Below are positions 27,676 through 44,298 of a DNA stretch of 64,000 nucleotides, one piece after another (the first letter of the stretch is position 1; the number at the start of each line of letters is the position of its first letter). The DNA lies in contig OZ024741.1 in assembly GCA_964016885.1 (NCBI GenBank), forward strand, positions 202,554,001 through 202,618,000, written 5' to 3'. The stretch comes from Eledone cirrhosa (lineage: Eukaryota). Below the pieces are notes generated by a model, which was not told the origin of the DNA, ran no database searches, and was given only the letters and a program-made list of their open reading frames with translations. The translations under genes were made by a program, and so were the position numbers.

Positions 27676-28190
27676 TGTAATGCTTTTGCTCTGGCAAATG
27701 TTATACCGACACTATACCAAGAGAACAAGCCACAACCAATGGCCAAAGGTCCTTTGAGTCATTCCTTCTCCTTCAACTTTCCAACACCCTTAGCATTCTT
27801 ACTGTTCCCAGCAAGGCTGTTTTCTGCAATAATCCTGCCCTGAAGGTAATTCCTATCTTCTCAAGCCATGCATCCAGCCTTCTACTAACTGCTCCCAGTG
27901 CATCAACCACAATTGGTACCACTTCTACTTGACTGATTTTCCACAGTTTCCTGATTTCTCTTTTCAGCTCCCGATATTTCTCAATTTTCTCACATCCTTA
28001 TCATTCACCCACAGTGAAGCAATATCCACACTACATGACTTGTTATTCTTTTCTGCGACAACAATGCCAGGCTTTCTAGCCACAATAAAATGGTCGCACT
28101 GGATGGTCATGTCCCATAGGATCTTATATTCTTCATTTTCAGACACCGGTTGGTGCTCATACCATTTCTCACTTCTGCTCATGTCATACT
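27676..28190 (-). mobile_element. R4/Dong-like RLE 3' fragment
   Basis: KWYEHQP..ENEEYKILWDMTIQCDH...ARKPGIVV; VPIVVDALG; QKTALLGTVRMLRVLE. The 3' end abuts (TAA)n. Confidence 0.78.
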
Positions 28191-28194
28191 TATA

Positions 28195-28460
28195 GCTGCG
28201 AGATTCCTATCTTCACTGGCGGCTAGCCTAACAGAGGTACTGGTGAAGCTCTTGAGGGCGCTTGGTTGTTCCAGCGATCAGCCTCACTATCAAAAATCAT
28301 TAGAGAGGTTTCCCAGTCCTCGCGATACTGTTATCTTTTACTCTGGTAGCGGCTCGGTTGTCCACTCCTTTCGCCTGCCTTTTGTTGTATGTGGTGCTAG
28401 ATGTGTGTGTTAACCGCTTCCGTGTTTTGGGGTTTATTTCTTTTTATACAACTGTGAATA
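28195..28460 (+). mobile_element. CRE-like 3' end fragment, inverted homologue of 26230-26400
   Basis: Shared CAAAAATCATTAGAGAGGTT.CCCAGT.CTCGCGA. Confidence 0.6.
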
Positions 28461-29317
28461 AAATGTATTTCAAGCTCTAAGTCTGTAATTCTTTGATGGA
28501 TCATATGTAAACGCAGTTCTTACCCAGTTTATTCTGCCTTGAAGAGTCCTTTGTGCTCGTCGAGTTGCATCGCAACTTTCATTGCCTCTAGGTGATGTTC
28601 ATATTGAACCTCTGTTTGTTGCGATCGTCTTTCTTCTTGTCTTAATCTTCCTGTTTCCTGTTTCATATTCTGATGAATGTCACAATGTTGACTTGTCCCT
28701 TTATCCACAAGTCTTTTTTAAAATATTGTTCGTGAGTTTCTCTTTCGCTTGAAGATTTCAACCGTTTGGCGGACATTGTAACTTCCCCGATAGCGGTGTT
28801 TTGGTGAAATGATGAAATTAATTTTCTTGGAAAATATCGTGAAAAACAAAACAATGCAAAGCAATAGAAAAAGAATAGGAATAAATGGAAATAGCAGCCA
28901 TAGAGAATAAGTTAACACTCTTTCATCTTAATTAGGTCAATAATAACATGACACTATCCTCAAAAAGCTAAATTAATACACACCGTAGATTAATTTCAAA
29001 TAATATCAATTTTTTCTGTGTTCTGTAAAATGAAAGACTAGTGTAAAACGACTTTAGAAAAGCTAACGCAATATTGTTAAACATTCAACTGATACATATG
29101 TGTATATAAACTCACTGATACAGACACATATATGTGTGTGGACCCTTTTTACGTTGAAGGAGGTGCTCCAGCATGACCGTAATCTAATGACTCAAACCCA
29201 AAGGAATAAAGAATATCACTAGGCAAAGGGAGGAAACTCCTTGTACTTGAGTGCAAAGTAACATGCAGTTGTCTTCATACATGAAGTAATCACATGTACA
29301 CATACATTCACACGCGT

Positions 29318-29354
<37 letters not shown>

Positions 29355-29438
29355 CGCACACGCACGCACGCACGCACGCGCACACGCACGCGCACACGCA
29401 CGCGCGCACGCACGCACGCGCACACGCACGCGCGCACG

Positions 29439-29520
<82 letters not shown>

Positions 29521-29559
29521 AGCAAAAGGAATATTCAATTTGTTGGTAATTCAACAAAT

Positions 29560-31560
29560 ATAAATGATTATAACTGATTCAGAGCACTCGACAAGTTTTC
29601 TGGAGTATAATATTCAATGATATTAAATAAATGGATACTATATTTATAAAACCATATTTATTGTATTATATATATTTCAAGGGTACCAAAACTTTGGTAC
29701 GCTTTCATCAGATAAAATACAAAGTTTGTTTTATAAATTTTGACATAACCAAGGAAAAATACCTTAACGGTTCAATTTTTCCTTGGATAGTGAAGGGATA
29801 AGAGAGGAAAAGTCAGATATTATTGAGATGAGTATGCAAATGAGGTTGAGGTATAGGGCTGAAAATAAACGTTATTTTAGACGCTATGCAGAATTTAAAT
29901 AATTAGGATATATGTATGTATACGTAAGAAGAAGAAAAAAGAAAGAAGAGCTCGTATTTACGTTAATTTAAAAGGAATTAACAATTTGGGGGAAATGGTG
30001 GAATATGATTCCAGAATTTAAATTTATTAGCTATATTATGAGTTATAATATTGTATATATAATCAATTAGATTATATGAAGAATTATGGTTGTAAGTATA
30101 TTTTATCTTAATACATTACAATAGGTAATAAGTATATAAATATCTATATATATTAATAATTGTGCATGTATAAGTATTATAGAAATAGAAATAATTTACA
30201 ATTATTAGTTGTTTATATTTCTATTATGAGTTACGAAGGATGTTGATTTTGCATTTTACATAAAAAACAGGCGATTCAAGTTGTAAGAGGAGAACAATTT
30301 GTAGATTCGAATAATTTGTTCCAACATTGAAAATGTTTTCAGAATATTGTTAATTTATCGAAGTTTATCGTACATAGTATTATAATATTTATGTTTGCAC
30401 AATTGAAAAGGGAAAGATAACTCCAATCTTGTTTGTTAGCCGTTAAATTTGATGAATGGTTTACTCAGAAAATATATAGAGAAAATTATATATTATTTTG
30501 TGTGAGATTAATTATTTTAGTCGAAAGATGTGTAAAAGTTTGAAGATCAAAAGGAGAGGAAGAACGTAATGTGCATTTCGAATAACTATCGTAAAGAGGA
30601 TAACATTTCAGAATGTCAATTAAAGATTATCAATCTATATCTAAAAAAATAATTGTTTCTACTTTTGGCACAAGGCCAGCAATTACCCAGTACATTACTG
30701 GTACTTTATTTTATCGACCCCGTAAGGATAAAAAAATAATAATGTCAGAAGTAAAAAATATTAAAAAATATAAAAAATATATATATTAATATATATATTA
30801 AAAAAAAAAAATATATATTACAAAAAATTGTTTAGTGTTAAGTTAAATTGTTTATTATTATTTCCAGCATAGTTACGTCCCTTTACGATCTGAGTTCAAA
30901 TCCCGCTGAGGTTGACTTTGCCTTTCATCCTTACGGGGTCGATAAAATAAAGTACCAGTAATGCACTGGATAATTGCTGGCCTTGTGCCTAAAGTAGAAA
31001 CAATTATTATTATAATTAATTCTAGGATGATTTGTCATGTTATTGTTATCTATGTATTTAATTTTATTCGAGTATCCTGCTCTATGTAAAGCTTCATTAT
31101 AATATTCTGCCTTATCATCAAAAATATTTTTATTAGCAGAGATGCGTGAAATCCGTTGTTGGACGCTATTGACAATAGTGTTTTTAATACTTCTAGGATA
31201 ATTAGAATTGAAACTTACGTAATTTAGATTTTCGTTAATTTTATGGAATGGATAGTAAAGACCTGTGCTAAGGTTTAAGGTTACATCTAAGAAGTTAACG
31301 ATTTTGTAGTTATTCTCTATTTCTAAATTAAGGTTGTAGTTGTTGAAAAATTGTATTATGGATTTCCTTTTCCTATTAATTTCACTATTGCTATGGTTTT
31401 CAATTAAAAGTAACATATCGTCACGATATAAACCTCCGGTCATCTCTGGCATTTTCCTATGCAGTACATTATTAATAAATAATCCAATGAGGTCCGTTAC
31501 TTGCGCCGAGTCAGATGATCCCATATTGATATCAAAATTGTTTTTTCTGTCGGCTCTTGT
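29560..31560 (-). mobile_element. Degenerate Penelope-like element (Naiad-like RT) interrupted by SINE pieces
   Basis: ORF 30931..31524: MGSSDSAQV...GLYRDD...VNFLDVTLNL...SNYP...YNEALHRAGY; 3' hammerhead at 29664-29714. Confidence 0.78.
29664..29714 (-). ncRNA. Minimal type I hammerhead ribozyme
   Basis: tat CTGATGA aag-c-gtaccaa agtt ttggtac-c-ctt GAAA tatata TA ata, then AATAAA. Confidence 0.78.
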
Positions 31561-33295
31561 CCAGAGATGATTATCAAATCACTGACGAATATTTTACATC
31601 GCACCCCAAGTAACTTACAAAGAGATTGTTGGTGAAATCTCTCCAGTTCCTTGAGGTAGTTTCTGTACGTTTCACAAGCATAAAGCAAAGAGGAGACGAA
31701 ACAAGTCAGATACACTTTCACCGTGGATTCGATAGTGATACCTCGTCTGGACCATAAACGTTCGTGCAGCCGTCCAAAAGATCACTGGCTTTCTTGATTT
31801 TAAGGATATGTCATCATCAAGTGTGCATGAATTGTTCAACGTACTACCAAGGTAAACAAACTTGTCAGCAACTTTTAGCTACTTTCCGTTCACGTACACA
31901 CTTGGTGTAGTGTACTCTTTTCCAGGTGCTGGCTGATACATCACAACAGTCTTTTCCAAGCTTATTGTGAAGCCCAAAGCGCTGCAAGCTTCAGAAAAAG
32001 AGTTCATAATATGCTGCATGTCACTTTGTGAGTGTGCAAAAAGATCACAGTCATCTGCATACAAAAACTCTCGGATTATAGATGTTAACACCTTCGTGCT
32101 TGCACCAAAGCGCCTGATGTTGAACAACCTTCCTGAAGTGCGATACCTGATGTAAACTCCATGCGAACAATTTTTCAATCTTTACACACTTTGGAGGGCA
32201 GCCAAGCTTTTCCAAAATTTTCCACAATGCAGTTCGATTGACGGTGTCAAAGGCCTTTATCAAGTCAACAAAGACTTGGTAAAGGTCCATACATTGTTCG
32301 ATGCACTTTTATTGCAGCTGCGGAGCAGAAAAGATCATATCCACCGTTCCTCTTTCGTTTCTAAACCCACACTGCGACTCAGGCAACACACTCAGAGCAG
32401 CCTTTGAGATCAAGCTATCCATCAAAATTCGACACATGACTTTACCAACTACTGAAAGAAGTGATATGCCACGATAATTGCCATATTTATCCTTCTCACC
32501 CTTTCCTTTATGGAGAATCACCATGAGCGCATCCTTTCAATCTTGTGGGACATTCTCCTCTTCCCACACCTTTTTCTTGAGGTCAGTCAGGCGCTGTGTG
32601 AAGTTTTCACCACCGCCCTTCCAAACCTCTGCACTCAGACCATCCATACCAGGAGACTTACCACAGTTCAGCTTATGCACAGCAGAAGTCACCTCTGCAA
32701 GAGAAGGTACAGCAGCCATCTCATGCTTCACTGGTTCGATAGGAATGGAGCAAATGAAATCATCATCAACCATGGATGGCTGGTTTAAGAGCTCATCAAA
32801 GTGATCTCTCCATCTGTCGTGTATGTCTTTTGGATCGCGCAGTAACTGCTTGCTATCTTTTGATCTCAACGGTGTCACTGATGAGCTGAAAAGACCATAC
32901 ACCTCTCTGAGGAGAGAGTGCAACAGTTTCACATTGTTGCCATCAGATGCCGCTTGAACTTCATCTGCTTTGCTGCTCCACCAGGTATTTTACATGGCCC
33001 CGAGTATCACCTGCACCACCTTCTTTACCTGTCTGTAACGCTCATAATAGTCAACAACAGACCTACCACCTTTAAGAACTGCATCAAGTGTCTTTTGTTT
33101 TCTGTCCAATAGAGTTTTGACCTCCCGGTCATTTTCACCAAAGCAGTCCCTGTGTCTTGTGACAAAGCCAAGGACCTCTGTTGAAGCCTCATAGACCGAG
33201 CTCCTGAACTCATTCCAGTTGTTCGCACAATCAATGCTTTCAAGCCCGCGACGCAGCTCTTCCTTGACACCCTTATCTTTCATACGATCTATATT
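31560..33295 (-). mobile_element. Degenerate RTE (BovB-like) LINE
   Basis: KSPGMDG, NYRGISLLS, ESQCGFR, FVDLIKAFDTV, FLYADD. Confidence 0.87.
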
Positions 33296-34302
33296 CATAC
33301 ATACATACATACATACATACATACATACATACATACATACATACATACATACATACATACATACATACATACATGTTGGCTGCCAACTCGTTTTCGAGTA
33401 CGGCCATTACTTTATATCCATGTAGGAGAACCCCTACCGATGCGCTGAACGAGTGTGACCTTTTAGTCTAGCCAGCGACTTGAAAACTCTGGTACAAACA
33501 CTACACTTGTGACAATTATTGACACATTGTGCTGGGCCCTTGGTAGCATGTGACGACAAGTGCAGAGAGATCTCCAGATATAAAGCAATGCCTGTGCCGT
33601 GAAGCTTTTATAGTGAGCAAAGGCACTGCAAAAAGCCAGTCCCACTCTCTTAACCAAGATGATATTTACCAAATAGAAGAACAAGTCAACATCATTGGAT
33701 ACCATCAGGGTTGCAGGTGTTATATCAGAGTTTTCCTTCTCTTAGAATTCTGCCTTGACAAAGGCCAAGGGGTCATCTCTCCCGGTGATTTTGGATGGCC
33801 ATTGACTCTTAAGAGCTCCTTTGCCCTTTGACAGGTTTTGTTTTTAGTCCTGCAGGATGCCCAAAGTCACCCTCCTCACCAAGAAACCTTGGTGGGGTTG
33901 CCAGTTTAGTCGCCAACGACCCGACCATGGGACAGGTTGTACTGGAATACATGTTACCAGTAGCACCAACTGGTGACCTGACATACATACATACATACAT
34001 ACACACAGATATAGAATCATACATACACACAGGGCCAGTGCCAGAATATATGGTACCCTAGGCAGGGTTAGATTCTGCATCAGCCCCCTCCAAGTTGTTC
34101 CAGCCTAGTTGTTCTATATAGTAGCGCCGGTCCTGCATACACATACAAGGAATTGTTTTATACAAAATCGTACAAAATCATGTAGCCAAGGAAACAATAA
34201 CTGAATTAGTATTTAAAACATGTGAGAAGAGTTTAGGTTTTAATTTCCTTGGAAAAAGGAAAAAATACATATAAAAGTAAACACACGCACACACAAGCAC
34301 AT

Positions 34303-34384
<82 letters not shown>

Positions 34385-34710
34385 TATCTAACTAACTGTG
34401 TGTGTGTAGATACATACGCACACACACGTATATATATATATGTGTGTGTGTATGTATGTATCTACACACATTTAAATATATATATACAACACATGTGTTT
34501 ATACAAACTCACTGACACAGACACAGACTCGTTTTACGTTCAAGGAGGTGCCCCAGTATGACCGTAATTTAACGATTCAAACCCAAATCTCTCAGAATAT
34601 CACTGGACGAAGGGAGGCAACTCCTTGTGCTTGAGTGCAAAATAACATGTAGTTGTCTACATACATGAAGTAATCACATATGTACACATACTTTCACTAA
34701 CACTCACATA

Positions 34711-34781
<71 letters not shown>

Positions 34782-34782
<1 letters not shown>

Positions 34783-34858
34783 CCTACTGATGAGCAGAGA
34801 GTTGGTGATTCCTTCGCTTAATATAATTTTGCGTAACAGTTTCTATAACTGTGTAGGT
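34782..34858 (+). ncRNA. Decayed hammerhead motif
   Basis: accta CTGATGA gcagaga...ttttgc GTAA cagtt-tctat-aactg TG taggt; the GAAA and the cleavage triplet are mutated. Confidence 0.6.
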
Positions 34859-35514
34859 GTTTTCAGGCAGTTGCCCAATATAGGTTTGTTATTCTTTTTC
34901 TTGATTTACTACTTTAAATTAATCCGGCAAACCATATTGTTAGAGTTAGTATTTTTTCATCCTAGCAAACCTGGTCCTTTACAATTCGAACACATGTATG
35001 TTTATATTTGTTTTTATCTCTCTTGTAAGTTCAATTATATATATATATATATATACACACATGCATATATACATATATGCACAGTTATGCTTTCACTTAT
35101 ATGCACACATGTACACATACACTAACACATATACACATACACTAACATACATACACATACACTCACATATATAGTAGAGTAAACACATACATACACATAT
35201 ATAGACATACACCCACCCACCCACGCATACAGTTACATACGCGCACACATACATACAAACATACATATATGATGGCTGCCCCCTCATTATCGAGTATGGC
35301 CATTGCACGATAAAACATTATTAATAATTATCAATTAATGGTATCGTGCAATGCCTGTGCGTGAAGATTTTTTTAAAGTGAGGAAAGACTGTGCACTGAG
35401 CCAATCCCACTCTTACGCATACATACATACATACATACATACATACATACATACATACATACATACATACATACATACATACATACATACATACATAGAA
35501 TCATACATACATAC

Positions 35515-35784
35515 AGGGCCAGTGCCAGACTATCTGGTGCCCTAGACAAAGTTAGATTCTTCAAGGAAAATATCAATTTCAAAATTTATAAACAATAAAT
35601 TCTTAAAGAAATATTTTCAACATTTATTTGTACCTGTATGAAATAAACCAGGATAAAAAACGAGCCTTAATAAAACTGAAATTTATTTATCTTTCAAAAT
35701 TGTTGTTGATATGCAGAAATGAGCCCCCTGAAATCAGCGCCCTAGGCGGCAGCCTAGTTGTTCTATATTGTAGCGTCGGTCCTG
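35515..35784. mobile_element. MITE-like element with CAGGGCC...GGTCCTG termini (shorter copy at 34030-34135)
   Basis: Imperfect terminal inverted repeats; two copies. Confidence 0.5.
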
Positions 35785-35978
35785 CATACACATACAAGGA
35801 ATTGTTTAACACAAAATCGTACAGAATCATGTAGCCAGGGAAACAATAACTGAATTAGTATTTAATACATGCGAGAAGAGTTTAGGTTTTAGTTTTCTTG
35901 GAAAAAGGAAAAAAATACATATAAAAGTAGACACAAACACACACAGTATAGATACGTGTAGATACATACACACACACG

Positions 35979-36206
<228 letters not shown>

Positions 36207-36237
36207 AATTCCAAATTGACTTATATATATATATACA

Positions 36238-36577
36238 CATGGCTGAGTGGTTAGAGCATTGGCCTTGCAATCGAAAGGTTGTGAGTTCAATTCTCAGACC
36301 GGGTGATGTGTTGTTTCCCTATTTCACATGGCTCCAGTTTACTCAGCTGTAGAAATGAGATGAAAAGACTGGGGTCCCTATCAATCCACTGCAAAGTGGT
36401 TGTGGAGGTGCCACGGAAAAAAAGCACCCAGCCCACACTGTAAAGTGAACGTGTAGGCGCCACGGAAAAACTGTAAATGAGGTTGGTGTTAGGAAGGGCA
36501 TCCAGCTGTAGAAATCAAGCCAGAATCAGTTCCCGTCCCACCCTTGCAACCAGGGAAAAGCGGACGTAAAATGATGA

Positions 36578-36580
<3 letters not shown>
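36238..36580 (+). mobile_element. tRNA-head SINE-like element with an RTE-derived 3' tail
   Basis: GGCTGAGTGGTTAGAGC...GAGTTCAATTC head. The tail GGAAGGGCATCCAGC.GTAGAAA...GGACGT.AAATGATGATG matches the RTE 3' end at 23711-23865. Confidence 0.65.
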
Positions 36581-36613
<33 letters not shown>

Positions 36614-37470
36614 TTATACACACTTGTGTGTGCGTATGTATGTATATATACACACACATATTTAAATATATATATACATAGACATATGTGTATGTATATA
36701 TATATATACAAACTCACTGACACAGACACATATATGCATGTGGACTCGTTTTACGTTCAGTATGACCGTAATCTAACGACTCAAACCCAAATGAATAACA
36801 GAGTCAAAACGACAAATCTCTCAATGTATTATTTTAGAATGTAAGAATATCACTGGACGAAGGGAGGCAACTCCTTGTGCTTGAGTGCAAAATAACATGC
36901 AGTTGTCTACATTTTGCCCAATATACGTCTGTTATTTTTCTTAATTTTTCTTAATTTAATATTTAAAGTTAAGGATAACAAACTATATTGCTGTAGTTAG
37001 TATTTTTTCAACCTAGCAAATTTGGTTCTTACGATTCGAACACATGTATGTTTATACTAGTGTTCATCTCTCTTATATGCATTTATACATATATGCACAG
37101 TTATGATTTCACTTATATGCACACATGTACACATACACTACTAACACACATACACATACACTCACATATATAGTAGAGTAAACACATACATACACATATA
37201 TAGACATACACCCACCTATAGAAGGAATTGTTTTACACAAAATCGTACAGAATCATGTAACCAGGGAAACAATAACTGAATTAGTATTTAATACATGCGA
37301 GAAGAGTTTAGGTTTTAGTTTTCTTGGAAAAAGGAAAAAATACATATAAAAGTAGACACACACCCACACACCCACACAAACACACACATACGAACATATA
37401 TATATATATATATATATACATATGTGTGTATGTATATACACACATATGTATATATTTGAATATGGGTGTG

Positions 37471-37511
<41 letters not shown>

Positions 37512-37685
37512 ATATATATACACATATGTGTATAATACTCACAGACACACACACACAAATACGTGTGGACCCGTAACTCCTGGTGGAGTGGTGGTGACAT
37601 TGAGAGTTTCAATGGCACTGGAAACATGGCAGAGCCCAATCCACTACAGGTCAGTACACAACTTATTTCTTCCAGAGAGAGAGGG

Positions 37686-37749
<64 letters not shown>

Positions 37750-37754
37750 GGATA

Positions 37755-37844
<90 letters not shown>

Positions 37845-37862
37845 GAGAGAGAGAGGAAGTGA

Positions 37863-37938
<76 letters not shown>

Positions 37939-37981
37939 AGAAAAACCACAGATGTGAGAAAAATCACATGCCCCCAACTCA

Positions 37982-38019
37982 CCTTTTGAAAAGCAGAAGA
38001 ACTGCGAAACCGGTAAAAG
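37982..38019 (+). ncRNA. Minimal hammerhead with U3-A8 variant core
   Basis: cctt TTGAAAA gcag-aagaa-ctgc GAAA ccgg TA aaag, then AATAAA; stem I is imperfect. Confidence 0.6.
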
Positions 38020-38236
38020 AACCAAATAAATATATATATATTTATATATTTTAAATAAGACTCCAGTTGCATTTTCGATTTCATCTCTTTTTCTTTATAC
38101 TTTCACTCGTGTAGGACACCTCGGTTATTTTTCATTTTGTAAAAAAACCCTCACTTTCTAATATATATATATATATATATTAGAAGACTAAAACCAGCGA
38201 TTCTTTGCTTAAACTTTAATCTGTTATTTTAATAAA

Positions 38237-38269
<33 letters not shown>

Positions 38270-38399
38270 ATAAATCTACCAAGAGTTTACGGTAGTGTCC
38301 AATCCGTATGAAGAACTCAATGTATTCCGGATATCATGGAAAAAAGAGATGTAATGAAAATCCACTTTCGGTGAAAGATAAACGGTATACAGAGTCAAG

Positions 38400-40636
<2,237 letters not shown>

Positions 40637-40798
40637 CATCGATAGATAGAGACAAATGAAGAATCAACCTAGTATTGGAACAGATGAAAGGCTAAGCTGT
40701 CCTCGGCCGAACGAACTCTGACAGTTCACTATATTCATATATATAAATTTAATATTGAAATGGCTTCTACAAGACTAAAACTGTGTATGTGTGCGCGC

Positions 40799-40866
<68 letters not shown>

Positions 40867-40880
40867 GTGTGTGTGTGTGC

Positions 40881-40940
<60 letters not shown>

Positions 40941-41173
40941 GTGTGTGTAATTATATGTGTGTATATGTGTGTGTATGCATGTATATATGCATATGTGTAT
41001 ATATCTATATATTATATACATATGCCGTTTCAACAGCTAGGAACTACCTGTTGAAACGGCAGGAGCTCAGCCGTCGGGCTCCTGACTCAGTCATATAACC
41101 ATACTCTACTACTCCTAGTATCGAGTACTCTGGTGAGTAATAGTCTAACCAGTTTTTTACTGAATCCACATTG

Positions 41174-41279
<106 letters not shown>

Positions 41280-41642
41280 GGAAAAAATGAAACGAAATTT
41301 CATTTCTCACTCTTAGTACGGCTGTTACTTAAATATAAGTATGTACACGTACATACATATATGTATACAGACGTACAGTAGTATGTATATATATATATAC
41401 ATACATGCACACATATATATATGTACTTATTAGCTATCGTCAGCAACGTGTCCCTTCTTGGTTGCTAGACACTACGGCTTAATACGGGATGTTTGTTTAC
41501 AAACACACCGAGCATTATAATAAATGTTCGGTGAATCCATACGTACATATATATATGTGTGCATGTATGTATATATATATACATTCTACTGTGCGTCTGT
41601 ATACATATATGTATGTACGTGTACATACTTATATATATATAT

Positions 41643-41674
<32 letters not shown>

Positions 41675-43022
41675 GTATATATATATGTGTGTGTGTGTGT
41701 GTGTATTTTTATATATATATATATATATATATGTATATACAGTGTATTTTGCAATACACTGTATGCTTAATTAAAAGCATTTTGAAGACCTTACGCTATT
41801 GTTTTAGAGTCTCAGTTACTTTAAATTTTCAGCAAACAGGAGTGATAAAGCTAACAGAGCTCTGTTTCGTACTATTTGGTACTTATTAAAACTAAGTAGT
41901 TCACCTGTCTGCCGAAAATCATGAATGTTTGATTCTTATAGAATTCTAGTAATAATCAGGAACTGATTATACAGAGCGGTTGCTGGTCAAGCAGAAATTG
42001 AAAATTATAATTGGTGCTCTGAAATAGCGATATATATATGTATGTATATATAGTGTATTTTGCAATACACTGTATGCTTAATTAAAAGCATTTTGAAGAC
42101 CTTACGCTATTGTTTTAGAGTAGTGACTATGTCACTTACTTCTTTTTTTAAATACTTACTTTAAATTTTAATCAAACAGGGGGAGATAGAGCTGACAGAG
42201 CTCTGTTTCGTACTATTTGGTACTTATCAAATTCAAATCAGCGACTGGTTAGTAACACGTGCTGTATTTACTAAAAATACACACATCATACCAGTTGATG
42301 TGGCGCAAGTCTATCCGGCATGACACCCTTAATTTAATTTAATTTAATTTAATTTAATTTATCTTAATTTTGGATATATATAAATACGGCCCCTTAATTG
42401 TAGAGCTAACTCAGTTGAAAGGACTTGACTGCTGTTTCTAGTTGTCGATAACCCTATTCACGCCACCGGGACGAAGCTGGTATGATGTGTGTATTTTTAG
42501 TAAATACAGCACGTGTTACTAGCCAGTCGCTGATTTGAATTTGATGCGTAAACACAGATGGTTGGACCTCTTCCTTGTTGAAAATCCAGGATCTGGCTAC
42601 TGTCGTTTACCAATCGATTAATTGGTGAAATATATTTCTTTAATGGAATATATACAAGGAAGATTAATCAATTTATATGGTATCTATTTTTGAAGTTCTG
42701 GTTAAACTTTATTTAGTTACCTACCTAGCTGTGTGTGCTTACACACTTTTACAAATTATCCCTTGTGATTGTTTCATATGTTTATTTATATGTCAATCAA
42801 TTTCTAGTTGATATACATTCATATATATATCGCTATTTCAGAGGACCAATTCTAATTTTATATATATATTTTTTTTTTTAGTATATGTTGGTTGTATACC
42901 AACACCTCAGTATGCAGATTGGAGCACTCGACGAAGTGCGCAGGTTGGTTTGGTTACTCCCAAGTAATGTAAAATAAAATAAAATAAATAAGTCAAATGT
43001 TTAAAATTTGGCTTCGTTTATT

Positions 43023-43077
43023 ACTGCTATATATATTTCGGTGACAGCCATCTTTGGCTGTGACCTCTTCAGGCAGT
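43023..43077 (-). ncRNA. Type I hammerhead ribozyme (same family as 60703-60758)
   Basis: actgc CTGAAGA ggt-c-acagcca aaga tggctgt-c-acc GAAA tatata TA gcagt aataaa. Confidence 0.85.
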
Positions 43078-43180
43078 CCGAATTAGTGTATATAAAAGGT
43101 AAACAGAAATAACAACACAATCGGTACAGTATATGGAAGGAATATATTAGTTTAAAGTTTAAAATAGCAGGAAGATGGTT

Positions 43181-43226
43181 GTTTTAACGTTTCGGACACT
43201 CGTCCTTTATCAGAAGAAAGATTGAG
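43181..43226 (-). ncRNA. Degenerate minimal hammerhead
   Basis: CTGATAA a ggac-gagt-gtcc GAAA cgt TA; weak stem I. Confidence 0.5.
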
Positions 43227-43561
43227 AAATTAGAAAGGTTGAAGGGACGGGCTGGAAGGAATCGGAAAAAATGTCCATTCATGTTGCCATCTATTGTAAA
43301 ACTGTTAAAGATTTGAGATTGGGCATGAGGAAGATACTGGGGTGAGAGAGTAATAGACAGGTGAGAAGAAAAAGAGGGTGGATGTAAGAAGAGTATGGTG
43401 GAGGAAAATTAATAGAGAGTCCTGGTATGCTTAAATATTCCAGTGATACAAAAAGATTTCCTGGTGGAAGCTTAGGTAAACTCCGGGTATAGATCCAGTT
43501 TCAGAGTGAATACACACACACACACACACACATATATACACATACACATATATATACACAC

Positions 43562-43696
<135 letters not shown>

Positions 43697-43717
43697 CACA
43701 TACACATACACACACAG

Positions 43718-43751
<34 letters not shown>

Positions 43752-44208
43752 ATATATATATATGTATATACATACATAACCACATAGCCACAGTAAGTAA
43801 GGTACTCAATACAAAGCAGAGTATAAATATATTTATATATATATATATATTTATATGTATATTTTATGTATACGTGTATGTATACGTGTATGTATATACA
43901 TATACATATATATATATATACATTATGAAGAGAGAAGAAACATTTAGATATAATTAGTAATAAAATGTATCATACCTAAACTGCTCCTAAATTCCTCGAC
44001 TACGTAGTTTCGTGGCATAAACAAAAACAATATATCATAAAGATATAGAGTCCCTGCGAGGTCTGCCGACTTATCAAGAGGATACCTCATTTTACTAGTC
44101 TCAAGAACGCGTCTACACGACGTGAGAAAGAATCCCAAAAGGCGGAGGCCTTTTGGGATTCTTTCTCACGTCGTGTAGACGCGTTCTTGAGACTAGTAAA
44201 ATGAGGTA

Positions 44209-44298
44209 TCCTCTTGATAAGTCGGCAGACCTCGCAGGGACTCTATATCTTTATGATATATTGTTTTTGTTTATGCCACGAAACTACGTAGTCGAGGA
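44209..44298 (+). ncRNA. Type I hammerhead, U3-A8 core, palindromic stem III (antisense copy at 43993-44082)
   Basis: tcctc TTGATAA gt-c-ggca...tgcc-ac GAAA ctacgtag TC gagga; predicted cut after C44293. Confidence 0.8.

Noticed and set aside
28669-28700. CTGATGA followed by a hairpin
   Set aside because: No GAAA or UH at the required positions.
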